Source: Octopus vulgaris (taxonomy: Eukaryota). Taken from it: a stretch of 64,000 nt of DNA. Made by a program: the position numbers and the translations under genes. Where the stretch lies: the NCBI GenBank assembly GCA_951406725.2, contig OX597817.1, positions 133,300,001 through 133,364,000 of the forward strand, read 5' to 3'. The stretch's first letter is position 1. Each line of letters begins with the position of its first letter. Below the pieces are notes generated by a model, which made no database searches, was not told the DNA's origin, and saw only the letters and a list, made by a program, of their open reading frames with translations. Positions 26,092 through 39,609 of the stretch are shown piece by piece.

Positions 26092-29052
26092 TATTATTAT
26101 TATTATTGCTGCTGCTGCTGTCATTGTTGTTGTTCAGTATAGTACCAGCAACCTTATGTATTGTGGTTCAACTATATTCCTTGTTTTCGTTTTACCCTTT
26201 TTTGAATGTTTACTCATTTGTGTATGTGTTTGCCTAAGTATTTATGTTTTAAGGATATTTCCATTGTATAACAGGTGTGCTCTGTCCATAACAATGCTGG
26301 AAGAAGTCCTGATGTTTTGACTACTTGTATATTTGTATCAATAAATTTTCTTAGTTATTTGGAGGTTTTTTTTTGTTTTTCAATTCCTGAATTGTAAATA
26401 ATCTATTCAGTTTTTTTTTAATTTTTGCTTAGATAATTTTTTTAATTCTTCCATGAAGATATATGCATTCAGCTGCTAATATTAAATATCTTTTTGTTTC
26501 TGCGATCTTTAACAATCTCATTTTTATTTATTTTTTATTTTATTTTTGTTGTTGTTTTTTGTGAGTTTTCTTTTTTTTTGTTATTTGTAAATATATTTTT
26601 CATATATATATATACATGTAAATCACAAGCAACTAAACAGTTTGTGATCTGTACAAGACTATCTGTTTTCTATAGCTACCAACTACATTGTGCTTATATT
26701 GATATACTCAGTTTTAACTAAATCTGAGCAGCCAATATTTTTGATTGTATATTTTTAATCTCAACATTACGGCAGATCTTTTTTTCCTAGTTTAATGTTA
26801 TTTTTACCAGCAAATATTTTCTCTTGGCTTCTCATACTCTTATTCTAGAAACTTTTGATATCCATCAACCCAGCTCCTCCATGATGGGTTTTCATTTAAA
26901 AAATATTTTTGGTTCTTTATAACAATTTTTTAACTATCGCAAAACACGGTAAGTATAGCCTGTGAAATGTCTGTTTAATTTATTTTCCAATTTATTTCTT
27001 TAACCACGATGTATTTTAAAATTTTCTAGTAACCACTAGCCTATTTCTAGTGTTTAATTTCATACTTAATATTGATTTAATATCTATGTAATACTCCTAG
27101 TTGATTTTCTGTTTCAGTCTTTTAAGGAAAATATCCTAACTACTGTATCTGTTATCAGCCTTGGCTAATATGATAAACCATGCTAATTGTAGATGTTATA
27201 AGAGAGTCAAAGATGATATAAGGTATAGAAGGGGTGGAGAGAAGTAACCGTCTTATAATGTTAGTAATGAAATGATGAAGCTTGGCTAAGTTTTTAGAAA
27301 TTCATAGTTTTTGTGTAGATCTATCATTATTCTTTACTTTCTTTTGGATTGTTTGGTTTATCTAGTTATGACTGGCAGTAGTTTGTGCTTCCTGAATCCA
27401 TGGATGAAATGGCTTAGTTACTAACTATGCCATTCTTGAATATTTTTGTGCTATTCCTGATTCCTTCAGTTATATTTGTTGACAGTATTTGATCTTTGCA
27501 GTCATAACAATATACCAAACACTTGATTTAAACTTCTATTTTTGTATTTTTCTTTCTTTTTTCTTTCTTTCTTTATTTATTTATTGAGAGTATCTATAGA
27601 TATAAGAGTTTTCAAAGAATTTGAGTCGATAATTGAGAATGTATTTGAAATCTCACTTTTAGATATTATGGTTGAGTACCTCTCAGTAAACCATTCTGTG
27701 TTCAATGTTAAACAGACTGGTTATTTCATGTCAACATACTGAGTACCTTTAACTAAAATTTAGTAAATAATTTAAAGGGCCATTATTGTCTGGCTTCTGG
27801 TCTTGTTTGATTTATTCCTGGGTATTTTTGTGACATTGAATATTTTTCCTTAAAGGGGTTTTATTTTTTATCACCTCTTATTTTTGTCCAAAATCTCAGA
27901 AACAAATTTATTCTCTAAAATGTTTGTCTATCAGTTTGACTTTACTCTTTTTAAAATTTATATTGTGATCGTTAGAAAGTGTCAGTATGTTTCATATTAT
28001 TTGGTACCTTAGTGTGGCTGCAGAAAGAAAATGAATAACACTAGTGGTGTAGGGCAGAAGATCAGCTGTTACTCAGGTGGTAATAACAAACATAAGAGGG
28101 TTTTCTGCATAAGGGAACTGGAAAAGAAGACAAAAAGAGAGAAAGGAAGCAATAGCACAGGCAACAACAATAACAGCAAGTCCCAGAAACTGCCCTTTCC
28201 AGCAACCACTGGCCACATCAGTTACAGCTTCAAGCATAATGAAAGAAATCATCTTTTTCTGAATACAAAAAGCAGACAACTATGGTTCCCCTTCTTCCGT
28301 GTACAACCAATAGTACTATGCCCTTTATTTTGTCACCAAGAGGAGCACATAGAAACAAGCATGAGTGGAAAATAGTCAAGGACAATTGAGTAAAATGAAG
28401 AAAAGAACCTAAAGAAAAAATGATCATACTGTACAAAAAGGAACCTATTTCCTTTTGAAAAGTTACAAATTTCAAGTTGCTTTGAGTAACAAACAACCTA
28501 CTGTTGGTCAATTTAAATTAACTGCAAGAAGACTTAGAAAAAGAACAAGTGCAGATTTGTAGAGAGATGGGCCCTGATTATGTGGAGCATTCAAGCAAGA
28601 GGCTGCAAATGAAAACCAACTTACAGGACCATGAACTGTTATACCTTAACCACTAAAAGGATGAGGGCACTTCCTTATTCTGTTTAACAACTCAGGCTTG
28701 CTAACAAGTTATTGTAGAGCATCCATTTTCAGTAACTAGACACAGAGAACATGGAATCAAAAGATGGTTTCAGGGATTGGGTACCCTAATCAATCCTGAC
28801 CACTTGTATGCAATGGGGTGAGTTGTCTTTGCTTCTCTATTTTAATTTTAATATCATTCAATTATATTTGTGTGTGTGTGTATGTCTGAGTATATACATT
28901 TAGTTATTTGTTTAATTAAAAAATGTAAATACATTGTAATGTATTATATAAAGTCTTCTGTCCACAGCACATCGTTCATTTAATTCTATATGTACTTTTC
29001 CCATTTTGTGTAACACTAAGCTGTTGTGTGTATGAATGGATTATTATTGAAA

Positions 29053-29058
29053 AATAAA
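29053..29058 (+). terminator. Candidate polyadenylation signal (plus strand)
   Basis: AATAAA preceded by UTR-like sequence with TGTAAATA (28924-28931) and followed by a U-rich tract. Confidence 0.3.
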
Positions 29059-30964
29059 AGAAATTACGTTTTTAATTTTAGTGATCTTATTTTTATTGCA
29101 TGCTTTCCCCACACCACCAAACATAGTTCTGTGTACCTTGGATACATATAGTACTGTGTGTCACTTTTGTTTTTTCTTTAATATTTAGGTTAAACTATCG
29201 ACTATCAGATTTTGGTCATACAAGTGCACACACACACACATACACACACACACACACACACACATATGCACACATACACACACTTATGCATACATATAAA
29301 TATATGTGTGCATATATATATAAATATGTATATACATATGTGTGTGTGTATGTATATATACACATACACATACATACACACACAAACACACATATATGAG
29401 GTTTGATCATTTGTTACATTGGTTTTAATGATGTTCGATTTATTATTATTAGAATTTTCAATTTGATGGGAATTAAACATATTCAAGCTTGATGGTTAAT
29501 TGTTCTGAGTCGAATTCATGAATAGGTCAATATTACCACTCATCCCTTAGGGGTCAATAAGTGCTAGTAAGATACTGTTATCAATTCAATCAAATATAAA
29601 CCTTCTCTTTGAAATGGCCTTATGTCTATTCAAATTCTTATAATCATTATCTTACTATTTTTATCGTCATTATTAATATAGTACAGATTATTATTATCAT
29701 GTAAATGATCAATGGAAAAGATAATATACATAATTGCTTTGAATAACTATGAAAGGAGAGAACAAAAGTATAATAAGGCCGATAGTAATGTTTGGGTTTT
29801 GTTGTAGTGTTGTCATTGTTTCATCTTTTCAATTTTAGTGAAGGAAAAGAGTGATGATAATAATGATAACAGTGAAAATGAAGAAAATAATTATTTTGAT
29901 GGTAATCATTTTGTTAATGATCATGATTGTTATTTGTTATCGTAATAAGAGTGATGGAATTTTAAAAAATTTACAGATTTAGTCAGGAAATTACAAACGA
30001 ACAGTTATAACACCAGCATGTTTTCTGCTAATCAGTTGATAAGCTAATAAAGAATGTATATTTAATAGCTCAAAATGCTAGCAAAATTTGATTCTCTCAA
30101 TTTGAAAGAAACAGAGGTTGATATGAACAATAAAGAGAAGAAAATAGACATTTTTATTTTGTTAATCTGTATCTGACATTTGTCAAAATCTGGTTTCTTA
30201 ATTTGACGTCTGATTTTCAGAATAGATTAAAATGGCCGAGAGTGATTCATATTTTGGCTGCGTTGATAATCTCTTAATGTTTAGACACAAATAAAGACTA
30301 ATGGAATTATTTTTAGTCAAGCTTTAATAGGATCACATCCAATCTGAGTATTTTTTTCAGTTATTTTTTTAAAGTCATCTCTTCTTTTTGTTTTCTATCC
30401 CTTTGAAAGCAGAGTGACAAATGAATTGGCCAATTTTGGTATCTCTAAACAAAAGTACAATGAAATGATTTTTTTGTTGCCTGCTTTGGGTTTAAAAAAA
30501 AAAGTTAAAACCAGCATATATAAGTTAAAATTATTTTTTTATTATACACTGCTTTATAACCAGTTACCATTTTATAGCTTGGCGAACTGAATCATCAAGA
30601 ATTATTTTTGTCTTGGCCATGGACACAGTACAGCACTGGTAACAGAACACAAACTGTTGACTCTTTAGGGAAGATCCCAAAGGCATAAGTTGACTCTTGA
30701 TATGATTAAAATTATTTAGTGAATCTTTGATGTAGTCCATCATTGGCAATATTATAATCAGCTTGTCAACTGTTAATAAGCTGATTTAATTTATTTTATT
30801 AACTATTTTTCCTACTGATGACTACTATTGATTGTCTACATCAGAAATATATCAAATATCCCCATATTCATCTTTAAACTTTAGACACAAATGATATTGT
30901 CATAGGTTGCAAGTTTTACCTAGTTGAACAGTGTGTATAATGATACCTAAATTAGAAGCAATAG

Positions 30965-31034
<70 letters not shown>

Positions 31035-32292
31035 TATTATTATTATTATTAGAAAGAGAATGCCAAGAAATTAAACTGTCTTGAATCTTTCACTATAATT
31101 TAAAATATATAATAAAATTAAACAATCCCGTAATTATGGTAATGCTGATGGTGGGAATACTGCTGATAGTGATGATGATGTGTAGCTATTGTAGTGCTAA
31201 TCACACTTGCATAGACATTGGTGATCACATTTTGAGATGAGTTCTTTTTGCAGTTGTAGTTTTCCTTTTGAGATCAAAGTTCATTTGATAACATTATTTT
31301 ACATCAACCAAGTTTAATGCAATAAATACGGACAAACTTACTTGTCAATGATATTCAGTGAATGTATGTGTTTATGTCTGCATGTGTGTATATGTAAGTG
31401 TGTGTCCACATATAAATACTTATTGATCTCTCTTTCACATTTTATAACATTGATTTTTTTTAATGGCATTCAGATAAGAAGATTCTTGTTAGCTTTTAAA
31501 TAAATGTAAATTTGGAATATTTTCATTTTCAGTTTTCTATTGCTTTCAACATTTCTTCTATGATGAAAATAGATCAGTGTAAAACAAGACTTTGAAAAGC
31601 ATGTCATGTGAAGGACACACAATCTTAACAGCAAAAGACATGTGGAAACTAGTTTTTTTAGCTTCTTATTTGTCCTATGCCTTATACAAAGTTAACTAGT
31701 AGAAAGGTTCTAATCCACAATAAAAATGTTGCCTGATTTTGTGGCCAAATAACCCAGCTAATTTAAAGAAATTCTTCAAAAGTGACATCCAACATATAGT
31801 TGTTATATTAAATAAATTATACAGGATAAAGAACCGATAGAACAAGACATTGTTTCAAAATTGCCAAAGTTTAAAATAACCTATTATTGTTGGCATAACA
31901 ATTGTTTTTCTACTGGTTTTTTTTATTGAATGTTCTTCTAAGAAATGTCTGAAAATCAATTCTAGCAAAGTATTATTTCTACATGGATGTGCATGCACAA
32001 AAATCTAGACATGCTTCTATCTTGTTGTTACTTAGCTCCATGTTACAACAGTCAGTTTTAATATTCCATACATGACTGTGTTGTACAAGCATGTGTTCAG
32101 TATGATTCTTGTCTCTATCATTTTGTTTCTGTATATTTTTTCTATGGTGAAATCGTACAAATGGATCTACATTATATCAGTTAGTTTTTTCTTTTACATA
32201 TAATTGATATAATATTCACAAATCATTTCTAAGTCTATTAATGATATATCTGTTACATGTGTGTGTATATGAGTGTATATATACTTTCATAT

Positions 32293-32343
<51 letters not shown>

Positions 32344-32359
32344 CATACACTCATATATC

Positions 32360-32532
32360 ATGTTGAACCGTTATTCTCTACACATTTTTTCTCTCACTGT
32401 TTTTTTCATTCTCTCTCCATTTCTTTCTCCCAACACTTTCTGATGAAGAGTGTAGGCTCGAAACATCAAAAACTTTACCACTCTTCCCGAGCATCCTGTC
32501 TTCATCTTTTGTTTTCTGTAAATTTGAACTAT
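32360..32532 (+). mobile_element. Penelope-derived short element with a minimal hammerhead motif (32436-32471)
   Basis: TTT-CTGATGA-A-GAG(TGTAGG)CTC-GAAA-C-ATC-AAA; same family as 12072-12310. Confidence 0.6.
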
Positions 32533-32561
32533 GTATATATATACATACATACATACATGCA

Positions 32562-32666
<105 letters not shown>

Positions 32667-34468
32667 ATATATATATATATATGCACAAATATATCTATAT
32701 GTATGTACAAATATATATATATATACATATACATACATATACACACACATATATTTATATAAGTATGTATCTCTATGTGTATATATAATTGTATATCTGT
32801 ATATATATATATATATATATAAACACACACACACACACATACAGAGAGAGCATTTTAAAAAATATTTTGTTGATCTTTGAGTCATTAAATTATTTTGGTG
32901 ATCAACATGTAATAAACTCATAAAAAGAAAAGTTGCTAAGGTATCAAAAATTTAGAGGCTTACAAAACCTGAATCTAGAATTATGCCATGCTTTGAATAC
33001 AAGCAGGAGGATTTTGCTGCATCCTCACCATCACTAAGCTTGATCACAATCAGAAAAATTGAAGATTATTATTCACAACAGAAAATTGTGTTGCTTTTTA
33101 TTTAAACAGTAGTAAAGTTTGCTGTTACCTTGAAACAGTCAGCTGTCAAACAAGTTCAAGATAAAATGCCATAAGAATTAGATACAAATAAGATATTTGT
33201 ATTGAGGAATTATCTACTCAGGTTCCGTGGCATGAATTATAAATTAACTGTTTTATCTATATAATAGCTTTTTTATATAACAGTTTTTAGTTTGGCTTTG
33301 TTTCTTTTTTAGCTTTTTTTTATTTTGTAATCTTCCTTATAATTATCAAGGATTTTACTGATGACCGCTCTCTAGTTTGTTAACAAGCAACCATATTTAA
33401 TTATCATATTTTCTTATGAAGCATCATAGTATATGGTACCTCCAAAAGATAGGATAGTATTGACAGATGCAGAATCAAAGGAAATCGCCATTCAACATCT
33501 GATAAGAATTCCTTACAGAGAAAGCTATATAAATGAAATTAAATAATATGGACAGAAAGAGGGATGGGAGGTGGGGGGAAGAGATTGATAGATAGATATT
33601 CCTAAGTCTATGCTTAATAGTTCAGTAATGCCAGGTCTGCAGCTTCGCAATCATTTATGTATGTCCTGGTTTATTGAAGAATATATTTCCAAAATATTTG
33701 AATTAATTACAATGCTCTGGTTCTCAGTAGAAAATAAAGTGGGAAAATGCATTTAGGAACACTAAGAACCACAAAACAAATTGAAAATGCCAACAACAGT
33801 AGTAATAAGGATAAATGTACTAAATAGCTCTTAAAAGTAGTTCAAGAATTAATTGAAACACTTAAAGATGATAGCAATTTGATTTTGATGAAGTTGATAA
33901 GACAATGAAATTCTCCTCCAAAATGACTTGTACTTATTTGGCTCCAAGCTCAGTAAGTTCAGAGTTTGCCAAAGTCTATTCTATCATTATGGCCATCACC
34001 ATTATTAGCATCAATTACAACCACCATCAACATCAAGCTCATTTGCATTTTCAATCATTACGTGCACAAAACATACACACATCAATATAATCATTTGTAT
34101 ATGTATACAATTATACAAATCAATAGATACCGGCATGTTTTTTGCCAGTCTACAAATTCATAAGAAGTGATGGCATAATCTAGTAGACATGCTGAGTGGA
34201 AATCTAAGTTTGAAAACAAGCTACATGCGTGTGTGTGTCTGTCTATCTGTCTGTTTAGCCTGAATAGTTGCTAGACTGTGCATGGTATGCTATACATTCC
34301 CACCTAGTTGCTGTGTTAATCAAGCATGAAATTTGAAAACCTCACATATAACTTGTATATTCACTGAATGATATTTATTACCTACTGAATTAAATGCTTT
34401 TTTTTGGTCATCCTATCAACAAATGGACAGAATTTTATACATATACTTTTACATACAAATATATATTA

Positions 34469-34501
<33 letters not shown>

Positions 34502-34604
34502 AATGTATGATGTATATTATATTACAAATATACACACACACACATACACACACATACACACACAGAGACACACACAGAGACACACACACACACAGACACA
34601 CACA

Positions 34605-34673
<69 letters not shown>

Positions 34674-35221
34674 GTATATATATATGTTTGTATATGTATA
34701 TATTTATTTATGCATTACAGCCAGAAAACAATAAGCTATAATGAGTTTCAAATAAACACTTCTCAAAAACATACTCAATAAATATTCAGTAGCTGATATG
34801 TATTCTAAGACAGAGCATTTATATATTAATTAGACTATATTTTCTATAATATATTTCAGTTCATAATTTTGTGCTCCAACTATTTTACCAATACTGAAAT
34901 ATGTCATGCAAATCAATTTGTGTGACATAAATACAATAAGCATTTCAGATATTTGAGTATCATCATAATAATTTTATGAATGCAAACTAATATCTTAGAC
35001 CATCATTATTAATATGCAAATCTATTTTGTTTAAATATAATGCTAATTTTCTGTAGCATTTGATGAATCCAGCTTTGGACATGTTTTTCATTGGGTATTC
35101 TTAATGTAACTAAATGTGAATATTTGCACAAATATAGAAATAAATGCATAAAAGCATATGCATATATATATGCATTGTTTTATAAATATGTACATTTACA
35201 AATGTTTTTGAAATTGCGTGC

Positions 35222-35252
<31 letters not shown>

Positions 35253-35572
35253 TATCAACTATGAATAACATAGCAATTACTCAAGAACCTAGATTTTTTA
35301 GGTGAATAATACTTGTCAAATTGAGATACCAAAAAGAAAAAAATCACAGAATTCTTATATAACAAAATATATCCTATGGTCCACAAAATTCTGTTTATGT
35401 CCCATGATTACAGTAGGTAAATCTAAATTCTCAAGTTTATGTAGGTTGTAAATGAGGTATGGATAATGTGCATGTGGGTGCACATACAAAGTTTACTTGC
35501 ATACATGTATCACTGAATCCATATATACATGTGTGTGTGTGTGTGTGTGTGCATGTGTGTGTGTGTATTAAT

Positions 35573-35763
35573 GAGTAACAAAGATGTACAGGTGTCAATT
35601 CATTAAGGCCGTTTCAAGCGACCCCTTTAATTGATAAATGAAAACATTGCCTCATAGCAAATGAAAACGGTTCCTTTGCTATGATGCAATGTTTTCATTA
35701 ATCAATTAAAGGAGTCGTTTGAAACGGCCAAAATGAATTGACACCTGTACATCTTTGTTACTC
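35573..35763. repeat. Near-perfect 191-bp foldback
   Basis: GAGTAACAAAGATGTACAGGTGTCAATTCATT... / ...AATGAATTGACACCTGTACATCTTTGTTACTC; arms of about 89 bp with about 6 mismatches. Confidence 0.95.
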
Positions 35764-36152
35764 GCTTATATTTTATTTACCTACCCAGGAATTTACACTT
35801 TTCAAATATTATAGAAATTAATTTTGTATTTTTATATAAAGTACATGTCTGTACAATGAAGAACGGACCTCTGCACTAAGTTGGGTCATGTTTTCTGCAT
35901 ACATGGCAAGGATATCAAGTGCAAACATTTCTGCACAGAGTTTGATGTCCATCTGATATTGTTTGGGTGTGCAAGTCAGAAAATTAGATTGACCTAACAA
36001 GGTGCCTCAATTTAAGTACCTAATTCAACTGAATCTTAATTATATCTTATATATTTAAAGGTATAAATATATACCTTTATACATTCACAGTTATGTCGTT
36101 TCTAGAAAACATAAATCTGAAAGAAGAAGCACACTCTAAGAGGTAGAGCAGT

Positions 36153-36391
36153 ATATATTAAAATTGGGGAAGGCTGGTTTGTGGGACGACCTTAGGTTCC
36201 CTATCCTTACAAAGGGTTTAGCTTTATCACCAGATCCCCAAAACTTGTTGTCCCATAATCTCTTAAAAGAGGTCAGAAGTCATGGGTGAACAGGTTTTTG
36301 GGATCTGATAATATGCCATAAAGGTAAACCCTTTATGGACGGGAAACCTAAGGTAATCCCACAAACCAAGCCTTCCCCAATTTTAATATAT
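36153..36391. repeat. About 240-bp foldback (MITE-like)
   Basis: ATATATTAAAATTGGGGAAGGCTGGTTTGTGGGA... / ...TCCCACAAACCAAGCCTTCCCCAATTTTAATATAT. Confidence 0.9.
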
Positions 36392-36690
36392 GTATATACA
36401 CATACACATATATATGGAGTCAGTGATGCATGTATGCAAGTAAACTTTGTATCTGCACATATTCACCATTGTACCAATGAGTTTACAGATTCATATGCTA
36501 AAAATCACGTGACATAAAGAGCATTTCCAAGTACTTTCTATTCATTGATGAAGAATCTCTTATCCTTTTTTTTATTTCTCAGTTTGGCAGCCATAGACCC
36601 TTGAAAAGCTAGATCATTCAGTAACTACTTTTGCATTATAATCTATCAAAGACTGATATATATCCTGCTTCTAAAACCAAATGCTCTCGT

Positions 36691-36758
<68 letters not shown>

Positions 36759-36844
36759 TATCATCCTCATTTAATGCGTGTGTTCTATATGACTATATAC
36801 ATATTTACTTTACACATATATACATATATACATATATATATACA

Positions 36845-36893
<49 letters not shown>

Positions 36894-39546
36894 ACACAAA
36901 TATAACTAGAGGTAGGCTATTATGTGCCAAGGAAAATGAAGAGTGTTTCCATTTTCCCTTAGTTTAATACATATATCAAGAAAACCTGTATACAGTGCTG
37001 AGTGGAATGCCCACTATCTCTTGCACCTTAGGTAGCTGCCCCTCTTGTCCTACTCAAGTTATAATTGTGATTATATGAACATTTATACATACACATAAGC
37101 ACACATACAAACGATCACTCCTAATTGCTTAAATTTTATGATATACACTTTAAAATTTCATAACAATATATATTTCCTCACAGGGTTTAGCTTGTATGCT
37201 TAAAATTTACTTCAGATTTAGATTCATAATTTTGTTGGGTTATATTTAACTGTTACTTTTTCTATCAAACTATTTACTTCACAGAGTTAATAAAATAATA
37301 ACTCCTTTTTGAAATACAAAAATAAACAACAAATATTTAGATAACACACTATGATATAAAAAATCATAATGACAAATGTCGTGAACTATATAAGATTGAG
37401 ATTGTCATGTATTATCAAACTTTTGCCTCTCACATCTTTAGCGTTATGTTCTATTTATTGATAATTAATATTTATTTTGAAATGTGATTAGTGATATTGT
37501 GGTAAACTGAAATCAGTACAAAAATTGCAAAACAGCTCTAAAATTTATGAAATATCATCTACATAGGATTTTTTCATAGAAAGAAATAAAAGCATTTTTT
37601 AGTTTTGTTAAGGAAAAAATATTGAAATAAATGGATCAACAAAGATTTCAAATACCTAAAATAGATATGATTACTACTGCCAAAACTGAAGAAAGTCAGA
37701 AGTGATGGCCATTAATACCTCTGGGTTTAAGTCAGTGACAGTGGAGTTTTACATTGGCCCAACTAGTGTCAAGGTTATTGTAGACAGCCAAGAATGTCAT
37801 ATCTTTTAAATTTAACTTCAACTTTAGTTTCTTCTGCTATGCTTTCAGTTTGTTAGGACATACGTATATTTTATCTTTCTATACTAACAAATATATCATT
37901 TGTGCATGTTTCCTAATCTTGTCCAAAAATGAATGCCATTTAGAAATAAAAAGTAAATTACCAACATATCTTTTGTGAGAAATTAAATATATAACCAAAT
38001 AAGGTGACAAACAGATGATGATGAAACAAGGAAAATAAAAATAAACAGATAATGACAATTAAAATTTTTTAATATCAAAGCATCCTGTTTATTTAAGTTT
38101 TGTTAAATATAATGTTTAATAACTAAAGTAATAATGAGAAATTCAATTTTCAAATTTTTCTGTTACTCTCAGATTTTAATGTAACAAAAACAATGCAAAA
38201 ACAAAACTTCAAAATTTGTTTTTGCAAAGTAATCTTAAACTAGTCTGAAGACAATAAGGATAAAACGGATTTTTCATTTTATTTATCTAATTTCAAGAAC
38301 TATATTTATGGTTGAATTTTTTAATATCAAAGGTTGTTTTCTGGATACAGAACATAACTTGTTGGAATGTCGAAAAAGGAATAAGTATTCCCCTATATCA
38401 AGAATAATAACATAATCTAATACATAACTATTGATCTCAACTTTATAAATAAATGTCCGAACAATATGATAGGAAACAGATAATATCGTTATTCCAGGCA
38501 TAAAAATACAAAGCACTCTGAAACTGAGCAACAGTTTTAGAAACCCAATTTATGTATTATGTGTATGAGTGCATTTTTATATGAGCATGTGTAAGCTAAC
38601 TTGTACATCTTTACCAAACAACAAACAAAATTTGTAAAAGTAATTAAATGATCTATAAACTTTATCATGAATTTTACTTGATAAAAATCTTAGTTTATAA
38701 ATAGAGAGATCTCATCAAAGATTTTAATAATCAGAATTTATATAAGCTTATAAGCAATACTTGGGGTCTTAAATTCTGTTAAATTCACTGTAATAGAACA
38801 GACATGTTGATAGCTTTTAGGCACCCAAGGATATGTAGCAATAGATATGAAATTATTATAATGAAGAGAATTACCAGGCCATTTTGATATCAACAAACTT
38901 AGTCATTTTCAAAACATGAACATTAACAAATTTTACTTATTTACATTTATTAAAGGTATGTTTTCTTATGATACATCTTACCACACAGGAATATATGATT
39001 TAAATTTCATACAAAAAAAGAATTTATTCTTAAAACATTTTACACATAGATTTCCTTGTCATACAAGTTTCTTGCTACTCCAAATAAATCATTATTCAAA
39101 GCACTTGAGAAATTATTTACTCATAATATATATATTTTTAATGAAACAAATTTGCTCTTTCCAGATTTTCTATTTCCCAATTTATCAATGCATTCATATT
39201 TTATAAGAAAACTTCTATATTTCTAAACAATATCTCTCATTCATATTATTTTGCCAAATTTTTCCATAAAGAAAATTTTGTATGCATACATACATACATA
39301 TATATGTGTGTGTGTGTGTGTAGATATATAATATATATATATATATATATGTATATAAATATATATATATATATACACACATACATATATGCATATATAT
39401 ATATATATACACATATATATATACACATATGTATGTATGTTTATATATATATATATAATATACACAAATATACATATTCATATATACATATATGTAAATA
39501 TATACATATATATATATACATGTAAATAAATATGTGCATATACATG

Positions 39547-39609
<63 letters not shown>

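Noticed and set aside
35660-35763. Hammerhead in the 191-bp hairpin (GAAACGGCC)
   Set aside because: No CTGANGA with a pairing stem II upstream.
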